23,383 nt of DNA, from NCBI GenBank assembly GCA_040005235.1, contig JBDTZG010000075.1, positions 1 through 23,383 on the forward strand, in the 5' to 3' direction. Positions 7,606 to 16,445 of the stretch are shown here, piece by piece; the stretch's first letter is position 1; each line of letters starts with the position of its first letter. The translations under genes were made by a program, and so were the position numbers. Origin of the DNA: Acidobacteriota bacterium (GTDB lineage Bacteria > Acidobacteriota > Thermoanaerobaculia > Multivoradales > UBA5704). The notes beneath the pieces are model-generated. The model saw only the letters and a list, made by a program, of their open reading frames with translations. It was not told the DNA's origin and did no database searches.

Positions 7606-8334
7606 GTGCCGAACGATACTCCTGAATCCCGAGGTGCAGATTTGCATTTGAACGCCGACCCGAGCGCACTCGCCGCGGACTACACCTCCGCCCGACCTTT
7701 TCCGCATGCGGTGATCGACGGCTTGTTCGAGGACTCCCTGCTCGACGAGCTTCTTGCGCAGTTCCCCGGACGCGACGACATTCCCTGGACGGCATTCGAC
7801 AGCCCGACCGAAAAAAAGCTGGGCTATCACCACGAGGCCCGGCTCGGCGAGCGCTTGGAGCGTTTCCTCTGGCAGATGAGCTCGCCCCCGGTGTTGCGTT
7901 TTCTCGAATCGCTGACCGGCATTCAGGGATTGATCCCCGACCCCTATTTCGGCGGAGCGGGACCGCACCAGATCCTGCCGGGCGGGTTCTTGAAGGTCCA
8001 CGTCGACTTCAACCTCCATCCTCTTCTCCATCTCGACCGGCGCCTGAACCTTTTGGTCTATCTAAACCGCGACTGGCGCGAGGAATGGGGCGGCCACCTG
8101 GAGCTGTGGGAGCCCGACATGAGCAGCTGCGGCGCGCGGATTCTGCCAGCGTTCAATCGGACCGTCGTGTTCGGCACCACCGAGACCTCGTTCCACGGCC
8201 ACCCGACGCCGCTCGCCTGCCCCGACGACCGGACCCGCAAATCGCTCTCGTTCTACTACTACACGGCCGGCCGGCCGGAATCCGAGCGCGCCGCGCCCCA
8301 CGACACGATCTTCCGCGAAACGCTGGAGCCGTAG
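7606..8334 (+). CDS. 2OG-Fe(II) oxygenase (prolyl-hydroxylase-like)
   Basis: PFPHAVIDG, LIPDPYFGGAGPH, HVD (HxD), RRLNLLVYLN, WGGHLELW, SFHGHP and RKS. The start is uncertain; GTG at 7606 was chosen because it follows a TAGGAT -10-like box. Confidence 0.9.
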   Translation: MPNDTPESRGADLHLNADPSALAADYTSARPFPHAVIDGLFEDSLLDELLAQFPGRDDIPWTAFDSPTEKKLGYHHEARLGERLERFLWQMSSPPVLRFLESLTGIQGLIPDPYFGGAGPHQILPGGFLKVHVDFNLHPLLHLDRRLNLLVYLNRDWREEWGGHLELWEPDMSSCGARILPAFNRTVVFGTTETSFHGHPTPLACPDDRTRKSLSFYYYTAGRPESERAAPHDTIFRETLEP

Positions 8335-8336
8335 GC

Positions 8337-10064
8337 TTGAACCTCGCCCCGGCTTCGAGCCAGGCGGAAGCAAACGGCGCGGCCGAAACCCGCTCAGAGG
8401 GGCGGTCCCTTCGACGTGCCGCCCCCGACCTCGTCTCGGCCCTGGTGATTCTCGCCCTCGTGCCTCTCCTGTTCGGCGGGGTCTTGCATCACGGCTTTAT
8501 CGAGGATGACCTACCGCTCGTCGGGTACGCCAAAGCCCATCCGCCGGTCGATTATTTTCTCCGTCCGGAGGCGATTCGCCAGCTGCCGTGGCGGGTGCTC
8601 GCGCCGCTGCAAATCCTGTCGCTCGATTTCGATCAACACCTTTTCGGCCTTTCGCCGCGCGGGTTCTACGCCCACCATCTGGCGGCGCTCGCGCTCGCTG
8701 CCCTCGCGGTGTTCGCGCTCCTTCGCATCTGGCTTCGGCCGGGCGGTGCGCTCTTCGGTGCCCTGCTCTTCCTGCTGGGTCCGCCGGTTGCGACGGTCGC
8801 CAACGAGCTGATGGATCGCCACTACCTCGAAGGCCTAGTGCTCGCTGCTGCGGCGGCGGGAGTTTGGGTTCTCGGGCTGCGCCGGGACCGGTGGGCGCTT
8901 GCGGGGGCCGCCGCCGCGCTGTTCCTCGCTGCGGCCGCGGCCAAAGAGATCTACGTGCCGCTGCCGATTCTGCTCGCGGCGCTGCCCGAGGCGAACTTGA
9001 CGACACGGCTGCGTCATCTGGCGCCGCTCGCCGCGGCGCTCGCCGGATATCTGCTCTGGCGCGACCGGATGCTCGGAGGAATTGCCGCCGCCTACGGTTT
9101 CGGGTCCTTACCGGGGGATCTACCGAGCTTGGCGGTGCGGTGGCCCGGCCAGGTCGCCGAGGCGGCTTCTCGCGCCCCTTGGGCGGCGGCGCTCATCGCA
9201 CTGGCGATCGCCGGAGCGGTGTACTTCGCCGTGCGGTCGCTCCGCAGCGCGGGATTTCTCGCGGTGACCCTGGCGGTCCTCGCGTTGCCCCTCGTGCCGG
9301 TCTCCAAGACGATCCGGCCCCGGTACCTCCTTCTCCCCTGGCTCGTCGTGGCGATCGTTCTCGCTTTCGTCGCAAGCGAATTTTCTGCCCGGTTCGGTGG
9401 GCGACCCGCGAGAGCCCTAGCGCTCGGCGTCGTTCTGGTCCTCGCTTTCGCCGGCCACCGCGGCGCCTGGAGCAAAGCGAGCGACCGGGGCGAACGGCTG
9501 AGCGCCGAGACCCGCTTCGCGGCGACCGCGACCGGCGAAGATCTGCTGAGCCATCCGCTCGCCGAGCCGTTCTCGCTCGCCGCGGCGAGCGCGATGCTCC
9601 GCACCCCTCCGGAAACCCCGGAGGCGCCGCGCCCCGCGTGGTTCTACGACGACCTGTACCTCTGCACCCAACCGATCGAGGGGCGCCGGATCTGGGTTTG
9701 GGACGAGCGCGGGCATCGCCTGTTCGACGGCACCGCCGGGATACCCGCCCGCCGCGACCGCTACCGCCGGTCGATCCGCTGGCGGGCGCCGCTTTCGGTC
9801 GAGATTCGCTACCGGCGCGGCGTGCTTCGCTGGAAGCTCGGCCCGCCGCGGCCGGGCCAGTACTCGCTGCTCCTGGGCGACGGCGTGGCGGCCTACCCGG
9901 TGGCGCCGGAGGATCGGTTGATCATCGGCCCCCCACGGGGTCAGCTGCGGGTCTCGTTCCGTTCGCCGCAAGGGTGGGTGACCTACTCCGATCCGCTCGC
10001 AGTCGATTTCGCGCAGCAAGAAAACGTCGAGTGGAGTCGCGCGCAAGCGGTCCAGGAAAAATAA
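8337..10064 (+). CDS. Polytopic membrane protein, GT-C (ArnT/PMT-like) glycosyltransferase-like
   Basis: TTG start 2 nt after the oxygenase stop, with a GGAG RBS. TM1 is followed by GFIEDD, then many TM helices with AKE and PRY motifs and a soluble C-terminal domain. Confidence 0.65.
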   Translation: MNLAPASSQAEANGAAETRSEGRSLRRAAPDLVSALVILALVPLLFGGVLHHGFIEDDLPLVGYAKAHPPVDYFLRPEAIRQLPWRVLAPLQILSLDFDQHLFGLSPRGFYAHHLAALALAALAVFALLRIWLRPGGALFGALLFLLGPPVATVANELMDRHYLEGLVLAAAAAGVWVLGLRRDRWALAGAAAALFLAAAAAKEIYVPLPILLAALPEANLTTRLRHLAPLAAALAGYLLWRDRMLGGIAAAYGFGSLPGDLPSLAVRWPGQVAEAASRAPWAAALIALAIAGAVYFAVRSLRSAGFLAVTLAVLALPLVPVSKTIRPRYLLLPWLVVAIVLAFVASEFSARFGGRPARALALGVVLVLAFAGHRGAWSKASDRGERLSAETRFAATATGEDLLSHPLAEPFSLAAASAMLRTPPETPEAPRPAWFYDDLYLCTQPIEGRRIWVWDERGHRLFDGTAGIPARRDRYRRSIRWRAPLSVEIRYRRGVLRWKLGPPRPGQYSLLLGDGVAAYPVAPEDRLIIGPPRGQLRVSFRSPQGWVTYSDPLAVDFAQQENVEWSRAQAVQEK

Positions 10065-10067
10065 CCG

Positions 10068-11741
10068 TCAGGGCGGTCCGCGGCGCCGCGAGCGACGATC
10101 GTATAGGACGGCATTGCCCACCAAGGCGGCGCCGCCCATGCCCGCTGCGAGAAAGCAGATCATTGCCAGGCCCGGATAACCGAAGATCCGGAAGGTGGTG
10201 TCGACCTGCATCAGCATCGCCGCGCCGACGATCAACGCTGCCAGCACGAGCGCCATGGCGATGCGATTCGCCACTTTCTGGAAGCCTTCCATGACCAGGC
10301 GTTCGTCGAACGAACGGACGCGAATCTCCAGTTCGTTGTCGGCGATTCGATCGAGAATTCGGCTGGCGCGCGAGGGCAACCTCTCCACCAGTTCTTTGAG
10401 GTCGCCGATCGTCGAGAGGATGGCGGGCACCGAGAACTGTTTCCGCACGTTTTCGGCGGTGATGTCCGCGGCGTGGGTCTTGAATGCGGCGTTCGGGTCG
10501 AAGTCCGGATCGAGGAGGCGGCCGATCTCATCGAGCTGCAACAAGCTCTTGCCCAGCAAAGCGAGCTCGGTCGGCAGCCGCACGTCGACGCTCGCCGCCT
10601 CATGAACCAGCTGCAGGACGACTCGGCCGAGGGCCATTTTCTCGGGGCGGCTTCCGCCGAAGCGCCCGACTTGGGCCGAAACCAGGGCGCGGAACCGGGC
10701 CGCATCGAACCGGCTGCCCCTCTCTCCCAAGGTCAGGATGATTCTCCCCGCCTCGTCTCCCCGCCCTTCGACCGTGGCGAGCAGCAATTGGACCATGCGT
10801 TCCCGCAGCTCGCGCGACAGGCGGCCGACCATGCCGAGATCGAGGAGCGCGAGACTGCCGTCTTCGGTCAGGAAAACATTTCCGGGGTGAGGATCGGCGT
10901 GGAAAAATCCCGCGACGAAAATCTGCTGAAGATAAGCTTGCAGCAGCTCGTCGGCCAACGCCCCGCCGTCGATCTCCATCCGTGTCAAAGCCGAAATCCG
11001 CGTCACTTTCACTCCCCGCACGAAGTCCATGGTCAGGACGCGGCTGGAGGAGAAGCTGTCGATCGGTTGCGGCACGTAAATGCGCGGAAAGTTGGTGGTG
11101 ATGTCGGCCATGTCCAACAGGTTGCGCGCCTCCTGCCGATAGTCGAGCTCCCGCGCGAGCACGCCGCGAAACTCCTTGACCAGATCGCCGAAGCGCAGCC
11201 GACGGCCGATTTCCGTATGCCCATCGAGCAGATGGGCAAGGGAACCCAAAGCGTCGAGATCACTGGCCGCGGAACGGGCGACCCCGGGACGCTGAACTTT
11301 GACCGCCACCGGACGGCCGTCGCGGAGTTGTGCGCGGTGGACCTGGCCCAGGGAGGCCGCGGCGAGAGGGGTTGAGTCGAACTCGGAAAAGCCTTTCGAA
11401 AGGCGGACTCCCAGCTCCTCCTCGACGATCCGCTCGACCTCGGTAAACGGAAACGGCTCGACGTTGTCTTGCAGACGGGCCAACGCGTCGAGATAGGACA
11501 CCGGCAAAAGATCCGCGCGGGCGGCGAGAACTTGCCCCAGTTTGATGAACGTGGGCCCGAGTTTCTCAAGGTCGCGCGCCAACCTTTCGGCATCGGAAGC
11601 GCTGGGAACGGAGCCCCGCTCCTCCACCGGAATCTGTGCCACGAGATCGTCGGGGATTTCGCCCAGCGCCTGACGATGACGGACCAACAGGCGGCCGATC
11701 TCAAGACTGCGCGACAGGTGGCGAAGAGGGATCGGGCTCAT
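10068..11741 (-). CDS. AarF/UbiB/ABC1 family atypical kinase
   Basis: LGPTFIKLGQ, LAAASLGQVH, VAVKVQRP, ELDYRQE, FFHADPHPGN and LLDLGM, with two C-terminal TM helices. Confidence 0.93.
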   Translation of the reverse strand: MSPIPLRHLSRSLEIGRLLVRHRQALGEIPDDLVAQIPVEERGSVPSASDAERLARDLEKLGPTFIKLGQVLAARADLLPVSYLDALARLQDNVEPFPFTEVERIVEEELGVRLSKGFSEFDSTPLAAASLGQVHRAQLRDGRPVAVKVQRPGVARSAASDLDALGSLAHLLDGHTEIGRRLRFGDLVKEFRGVLARELDYRQEARNLLDMADITTNFPRIYVPQPIDSFSSSRVLTMDFVRGVKVTRISALTRMEIDGGALADELLQAYLQQIFVAGFFHADPHPGNVFLTEDGSLALLDLGMVGRLSRELRERMVQLLLATVEGRGDEAGRIILTLGERGSRFDAARFRALVSAQVGRFGGSRPEKMALGRVVLQLVHEAASVDVRLPTELALLGKSLLQLDEIGRLLDPDFDPNAAFKTHAADITAENVRKQFSVPAILSTIGDLKELVERLPSRASRILDRIADNELEIRVRSFDERLVMEGFQKVANRIAMALVLAALIVGAAMLMQVDTTFRIFGYPGLAMICFLAAGMGGAALVGNAVLYDRRSRRRGPP

Positions 11742-11791
11742 GGACACCACTCGTTTCTTGCGGGTCGACCGGACTCGAAGAGGGATGATGG

Positions 11792-11830
11792 AAAAAGGAC
11801 GCCCGGACGGCTCCGGGCGTCGCTTTTTTT
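11792..11830. terminator. Intrinsic terminator (bidirectional architecture) after the glycine-zipper gene
   Basis: aaaaag-gacgcccgga-cggc-tccgggcgtc-gcttttttt: a 10-bp stem with A and T tracts on the two sides. Confidence 0.85.
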
Positions 11831-11859
11831 CTTGAAGACCTACGGGTACTACGACGGCA

Positions 11860-12363
11860 CTAGCGGCCGTCGTGGTCCGAGTCGCCCGGAATCGCGGTTT
11901 CGATGCGGTTCCATGCGTCGCGGGTCGCCGACTTGGCCTCGCTCCAGGCGAGGTGGGAGTTGGCCTTCGCCTTGTCCCAACCACGCTCGAGATCGTTTTC
12001 GACGTCGTCGAAACGCTTGCCGGCGTACTGGCCCTTGGATTCCCAGCCGTACTTGTACGCGGGAGCGTACTGGTCGTACGGACGGCCATTGACGTACGGG
12101 CGGTTGGCGTAATTCTCGCGCCAGTAGGCGTCCTCGACCGTCGGGTTCACCAGCTCGGCCGCACCTTTGCCGGCCAGGCCGCCGGCGATGCCGCCGATCG
12201 CCGCACCGACCACCGCACCCACCGGACCGCCGACTGCCGCACCGATCACCGCACCGGTCGTGCCACCACCCACAGCTCCGACTCCGGTACCTACCGGGTG
12301 AGCACCCGGAGCACCGGTGAGAGGATCGAGATTCGCATCGTTTCCAACGCTCTGGTCGTTCAT
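11860..12363 (-). CDS. Glycine-zipper-containing conserved hypothetical protein
   Basis: AGGAG RBS. Reads DPLTGAPGAHPVGTGVGAVGG...GGLAGKGAAELVNPTVEDAYWRENY...AYKYGW...W..AK.ATRDAW. Confidence 0.85.
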   Translation of the reverse strand: MNDQSVGNDANLDPLTGAPGAHPVGTGVGAVGGGTTGAVIGAAVGGPVGAVVGAAIGGIAGGLAGKGAAELVNPTVEDAYWRENYANRPYVNGRPYDQYAPAYKYGWESKGQYAGKRFDDVENDLERGWDKAKANSHLAWSEAKSATRDAWNRIETAIPGDSDHDGR

Positions 12364-12477
12364 GGATTAGCTCCTATCAAAACCTGGGTTCCAGGCGCGT
12401 TATTGTGAGTCCGTCGAGTTCCGGACGGCTCTCTGGCTTTCGGCTCCCACCGTGGGATTCGGGCCGACATTCACTTT

Positions 12478-12493
12478 TGCAGGGGCTGTGCCA
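12478..12493 (-). promoter_or_regulatory. Putative sigma54 (-24/-12) promoter
   Basis: Minus strand TGGCACAGCCCCTGCA = GG-N10-GC, about 115 nt upstream of the ATG at 12363. Confidence 0.6.
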
Positions 12494-12737
12494 GGGCGGC
12501 TTGCGAGGAAATCGAAGGGGCGCAGATCCAGACGACAGCATTTCCTGCCGGATCGCAGTTAAACCCTGCCGATCCCTAACCGCTTTGAACGGTCCGCCTT
12601 GGGGGCAAACGGACCGGCGGCCCGGGGGTGGTAGCGTTCTGAGCCCAGGAGGGCGACAATACCCATCGAAACCCAGAGGCAGCGCCGTATATCCCACGAC
12701 CCCAAGGCCGCCGCCTACCCCCGTCGAGAACTTTCGA

Positions 12738-13265
12738 ATGCAACCTGAAACCACGCAAAAGACCGACCACCATCCCGTCAACGACAATCTTGAGGCGCTC
12801 CGCCAGGGCCTCGTTCTGCTCGACCGGATCGACGAGGGGACCTACACCGCGATCGGCCCTCACGTCCGCCACGTGATCGACCACTACGCCGCCTTCTTTT
12901 CCGGCTTCGATGGAACCACGATCGACTACGACGCCCGGCAACGCAACCGGCGGATCGAAACCGAGCGCGAAGCGGCGCAGATCGCGCTGGTTGACGCCTC
13001 CGGCCGCTTCGCCGATCTCGATCGCGGCACCCTCGAACGCCCGATCTCGGTGCGCTCGAACGGCGGCGGCTCCCCCGAAGACTTATCGCGCTCGACGTTG
13101 CGCCGCGAGTTGCAATTCCTGGTCAGCCATACGGTCCACCATTGGGCGCTGGTGCGCTCGATCCTCACCCGTTCCGGCATTCCAGTCGCCGAGACGTTCG
13201 GCGTGGCCCCCTCGACCCTGCGCTACCGCGAGGAGCAGGTGGCGTGTGCACCGCAAGCTGGCTGA
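12738..13265 (+). CDS. DinB family protein
   Basis: IGPHVRHVIDHY, IDYDARQR, RELQFLVSHTVHHWALV (metal-binding His set) and FGVAPST. Confidence 0.85.
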   Translation: MQPETTQKTDHHPVNDNLEALRQGLVLLDRIDEGTYTAIGPHVRHVIDHYAAFFSGFDGTTIDYDARQRNRRIETEREAAQIALVDASGRFADLDRGTLERPISVRSNGGGSPEDLSRSTLRRELQFLVSHTVHHWALVRSILTRSGIPVAETFGVAPSTLRYREEQVACAPQAG

Positions 13266-13972
13266 TCGGCCCCGACGGCTACGACCTTCTGTTCAATCGC
13301 GACGAATTGCGCACCCGACCGATCGCCTTGCCTCCCCGGCGCGGTGAGCGGCAGGGCATGCGCTACCTCGCCCCCGTCGATCCGCAGGGAGGAGGCACCT
13401 GGATCGCGGTCAATGAGGTGGGACTCTGCCTGTTCCTGCTTAACCGGCGTCCGGATCGCGAGCCGCGCGCGCCGCAGGCGAGCCGCGGGCTGATCCCGAT
13501 CGAGCTGATCGACTCGACCGGCATTGAGGAGGTCGGCCGGCGTGCCGCCGCGCTCGATCTCGCCCGGTATCGGCCGTTCACGCTCGGCGTCATCGCTCCG
13601 GGCGCTCCGGGCGGGCCGGGCGGACCGCCGAGGGTCTTCGCCTGGACCGGGGAGGCCCTCGAATCGGCGCCCGCGCCGCCGCCCTTGGTCTCCTCGTCGG
13701 TAGGCGAAGAATCGCTGTTCGCCGAGCGCCGCGCCACCTACCCCACCGGCCCCCTCACTCTGCGCACGCTGCTCGCCTATCAGCGCGGCCATGGCTCGGG
13801 GAAATCCGCCGCCTCGGTCTGCATGCACCGGGAGGACGCCCAGACGGTGAGTTTTTCCCGGGTCCACGTGAACGCCGCCCAAGTCCGCCTCGGCTACGCG
13901 CCCGGTTCCCCTTGCGAGCGGGCGCCGATGCGCTGGCTTGCCCTCGCGCGCAGGGCGGAAAGCGACCGGTGA
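13244..13972 (+). CDS. NRDE/TANGO2 family protein (Ntn-hydrolase-like)
   Basis: GTG start gives M-C-T (N-terminal Cys). Motifs FNRDE, GGTWIAVN, LLN, SRGLIP, YRPFTL and QTVSFS. Confidence 0.9.
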   Translation: MCTASWLIGPDGYDLLFNRDELRTRPIALPPRRGERQGMRYLAPVDPQGGGTWIAVNEVGLCLFLLNRRPDREPRAPQASRGLIPIELIDSTGIEEVGRRAAALDLARYRPFTLGVIAPGAPGGPGGPPRVFAWTGEALESAPAPPPLVSSSVGEESLFAERRATYPTGPLTLRTLLAYQRGHGSGKSAASVCMHREDAQTVSFSRVHVNAAQVRLGYAPGSPCERAPMRWLALARRAESDR

Positions 13973-15624
13973 TCGATCCCGCAGATCTCGCCGGGAAACT
14001 CTCGGCCGGAGCGCCTGGCACCGGGCTGTTGGTCGGGCTCGCGCTCGCCACACTGGTGAGCGAGGACCTCGCCTGCATCGCCGCCGGCCTGCTCGTCGCC
14101 CGCGGCGCGTTCGGGCTGCCGGCGGCGTCGCTCGCCTGTTTTCTCGGCATCCTGGGTGGCGATCTGCTGCTATACCTCGCCGGCCGATACGGTGGCCGCA
14201 CCGCGCTCGCCAAGCCTCCGCTCTCCTGGTGGATCCGGCCGGAGCGGATCGAGCGGGGCGAGGCCTGGTTCCGCGAACGGGGCGGACGGATGATGTTCGC
14301 CGCGCGCTTTCTGCCCGGCAGCCGCCTGCCGACCTACGTCGCCGCCGGCCTGCTCGGCTATCCGATCGGTAACTTCACGCTCTGGCTCGCGGTGGCCGGA
14401 GGGATCTGGACGCCGATTCTGGTGGGGCTCGCCGCGAAGCTCGGCGCGGCGGCCCTCGCCCAGGTGGAACGCTACGGCCGAGCCGCGCTGCCGCTCGCGA
14501 TCGCCGCGTTCCTCCTCTACGTCGCCCTCACCCACTGGGTGCCTCCCCTGTTCACCCGGCGCGGCCAGCGTTTGGCGCTCGGGAAATGGCGCCGGCTCAC
14601 CCGCTGGGAGTTCTGGCCGGCCTGGCTGGTGAACATCCCCGTCGTGCTCTATGCCGTAGGCCAGGCTCTCCGCCATCGCAGTCCGACCGTCTTCACCGCG
14701 GTCAACCCCGCGATGCCGGCGGGAGGCTTCGTGCTCGAATCGAAGGTGGAGATCCTCGCCGCCCTCGGGGCCGGCGGCGCGCCGATCGCCCGGTTCGCCC
14801 GCCTGGAGGCCGAGCAGACCCCTGCGCAGCGGCTCGCCACGGTCCACGCGTTCCTGGCAGACCACGGGCTCGATTTTCCGGTGGTGATCAAACCCGACGT
14901 CGGCCAGCGCGGCGAAGGCGTCGCGATCGTCAAAAGCGCCGACGCCCTGGCCGCTCACTTCGAGACCGACAAGGGAGAGGGCATCGTCCAGGAGTACGTG
15001 ACGGGGCGTGAATTCGGGGTCTTCTACATCCGTCATCCCGAAGAGCCGCAGGGCAGGATCTTCTCGATCACCGACAAGCGCCTGCCGACTCTCTTAGGGG
15101 ATGGAGAGAAAACGCTCGAAGAGCTGATCCTCGCCGACGACCGGGCGGTCTGCATGGCGCCGTTCCACCTAGAACGCCTCAAGGCGCGGATCGATCAGAT
15201 CCCGGCGGCGGGCGAAACCATCGAGCTGGTCGAGATCGGCAACCACTGCCGCGGCGCGATCTTCCTGGACGGTAATCATCTGGCCACCCCGGAGCTCCTG
15301 GCCGCGATCGAGGCGGCGAGCCGCGGCTACGAGGGGTTCTACTTCGGCCGCTACGATCTGCGGGTGCCGTCCGAACAGCACCTCCAAGCCGGCCGCGACT
15401 TTCGCATCCTGGAGCTGAACGGCGTGACCTCCGAGGCGACCCACATCTACCAGCCAGGCGCGAGCCTGCTCGCCGCCTACCGCACCCTGTTCACCCAATG
15501 GCGTCTGGCGTTCGAGATCGGCGCGGCGAATGTCCGGCGCGGCGCGCGGCCGATGCCGCTCCGGGAGCTGGTCGGATTGCTGAAGGCGCATTTTGTCGGG
15601 GAGCAAAGTCCACCCAAACCGTAG
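13969..15624 (+). CDS. DedA/VTT membrane domain fused to an ATP-grasp (D-Ala-D-Ala-ligase-like) domain
   Basis: N-terminal part: TLVSEDLACI, GDLLLYLAGR, ARFLPGSRLPTYVAAG. C-terminal part: WEFWP, FPVVIKPDVGQRGEGV, VQEY, EFGVFY, GNHCRG, YFGRYD, ILELNG. GTGA overlap with NRDE. Confidence 0.88.
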   Translation: MIDPADLAGKLSAGAPGTGLLVGLALATLVSEDLACIAAGLLVARGAFGLPAASLACFLGILGGDLLLYLAGRYGGRTALAKPPLSWWIRPERIERGEAWFRERGGRMMFAARFLPGSRLPTYVAAGLLGYPIGNFTLWLAVAGGIWTPILVGLAAKLGAAALAQVERYGRAALPLAIAAFLLYVALTHWVPPLFTRRGQRLALGKWRRLTRWEFWPAWLVNIPVVLYAVGQALRHRSPTVFTAVNPAMPAGGFVLESKVEILAALGAGGAPIARFARLEAEQTPAQRLATVHAFLADHGLDFPVVIKPDVGQRGEGVAIVKSADALAAHFETDKGEGIVQEYVTGREFGVFYIRHPEEPQGRIFSITDKRLPTLLGDGEKTLEELILADDRAVCMAPFHLERLKARIDQIPAAGETIELVEIGNHCRGAIFLDGNHLATPELLAAIEAASRGYEGFYFGRYDLRVPSEQHLQAGRDFRILELNGVTSEATHIYQPGASLLAAYRTLFTQWRLAFEIGAANVRRGARPMPLRELVGLLKAHFVGEQSPPKP

Positions 15625-15649
15625 GGGCGACGCATGCGTCGCCCCTACG
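15620..15649. repeat. Perfect 30-bp palindrome, GTAG-type REP-like element
   Basis: cgtaggggcgacgcatgcgtcgcccctacg is its own reverse complement. Confidence 0.85.
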
Positions 15650-16445
15650 ATTCTTCCAAATGCCCTATGAAATCGGCCGGCGCCGAGGGCGAGAATTCAC
15701 CCAGCACCGCCTCTCGCAGCGCCAGGGCCAACGCCTTGCGGTCGGCATCGACGAGCGGCTCGGGCGCCACGGAAACCGTGGCCTGGATGCGCGAAAGACC
15801 GAGCAGCGCCAAAAGGTGGGTGGAAAACGGCATGTCGCCCCACCAGCAGACGGCGAGGTGCGGGGGCGGTTCGCTCGGGGGCGTCCGGTAGGCCAGAGCC
15901 GCGGCGTAAACCGGGTGGCCGGAGGCGGCAGGTAGCGCGAGCAGCGGCGAGCGAAACGGCAGCAGGCCGAGCCCCGGACTGCTCGTCCCTTCGGGAAAGA
16001 AGACCACCCCGCTCCCTGCCGCGAGCGCGGCCTCCAAGCGGCCGAGCAGACGGGGAAGGTCGCTCTTCCGGCTACGATCGACGAACAGGGTGCCGAACGA
16101 GGCGCATAGGGGGCCGAGCACCGGCCAACCCGCGACCTCAGCCTTGGCCACGAAGGTCGTGGGCAGATGGCTCGCAAGCACCAGGACGTCGAGATAGCTG
16201 AGGTGGTTGGCGGCAAGCAGAAACGGCGGGGCGGGCTCCGGCCCGCGCCAGGCGACGCGGACGCCGAGGACTCGAAGAAAGGCGCGCGACCAGGTGCGCA
16301 GGAACCGGCCTCGCCACCTGCCGCGCGCGATCGGCCGGCCCGCGGTGAGAGCAAGGCCGAGCGCATGGACCGGCGTTAGAACGAGCGTTACGCAGATCAG
16401 ACCGGCCGCCCGGGCGCCGATCCGCAGGACGCGAAGCGGCTTCAT
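15645..16445 (-). CDS. Lysophospholipid acyltransferase family protein (PlsC/OlsA-like)
   Basis: NHLSYLD (HxxxxD), FVAKAEV, FVDR, FFPEGT and CWWGDM. ATG at 16445 overlaps the GNAT stop (ATGA). Confidence 0.92.
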   Translation of the reverse strand: MKPLRVLRIGARAAGLICVTLVLTPVHALGLALTAGRPIARGRWRGRFLRTWSRAFLRVLGVRVAWRGPEPAPPFLLAANHLSYLDVLVLASHLPTTFVAKAEVAGWPVLGPLCASFGTLFVDRSRKSDLPRLLGRLEAALAAGSGVVFFPEGTSSPGLGLLPFRSPLLALPAASGHPVYAAALAYRTPPSEPPPHLAVCWWGDMPFSTHLLALLGLSRIQATVSVAPEPLVDADRKALALALREAVLGEFSPSAPADFIGHLEES

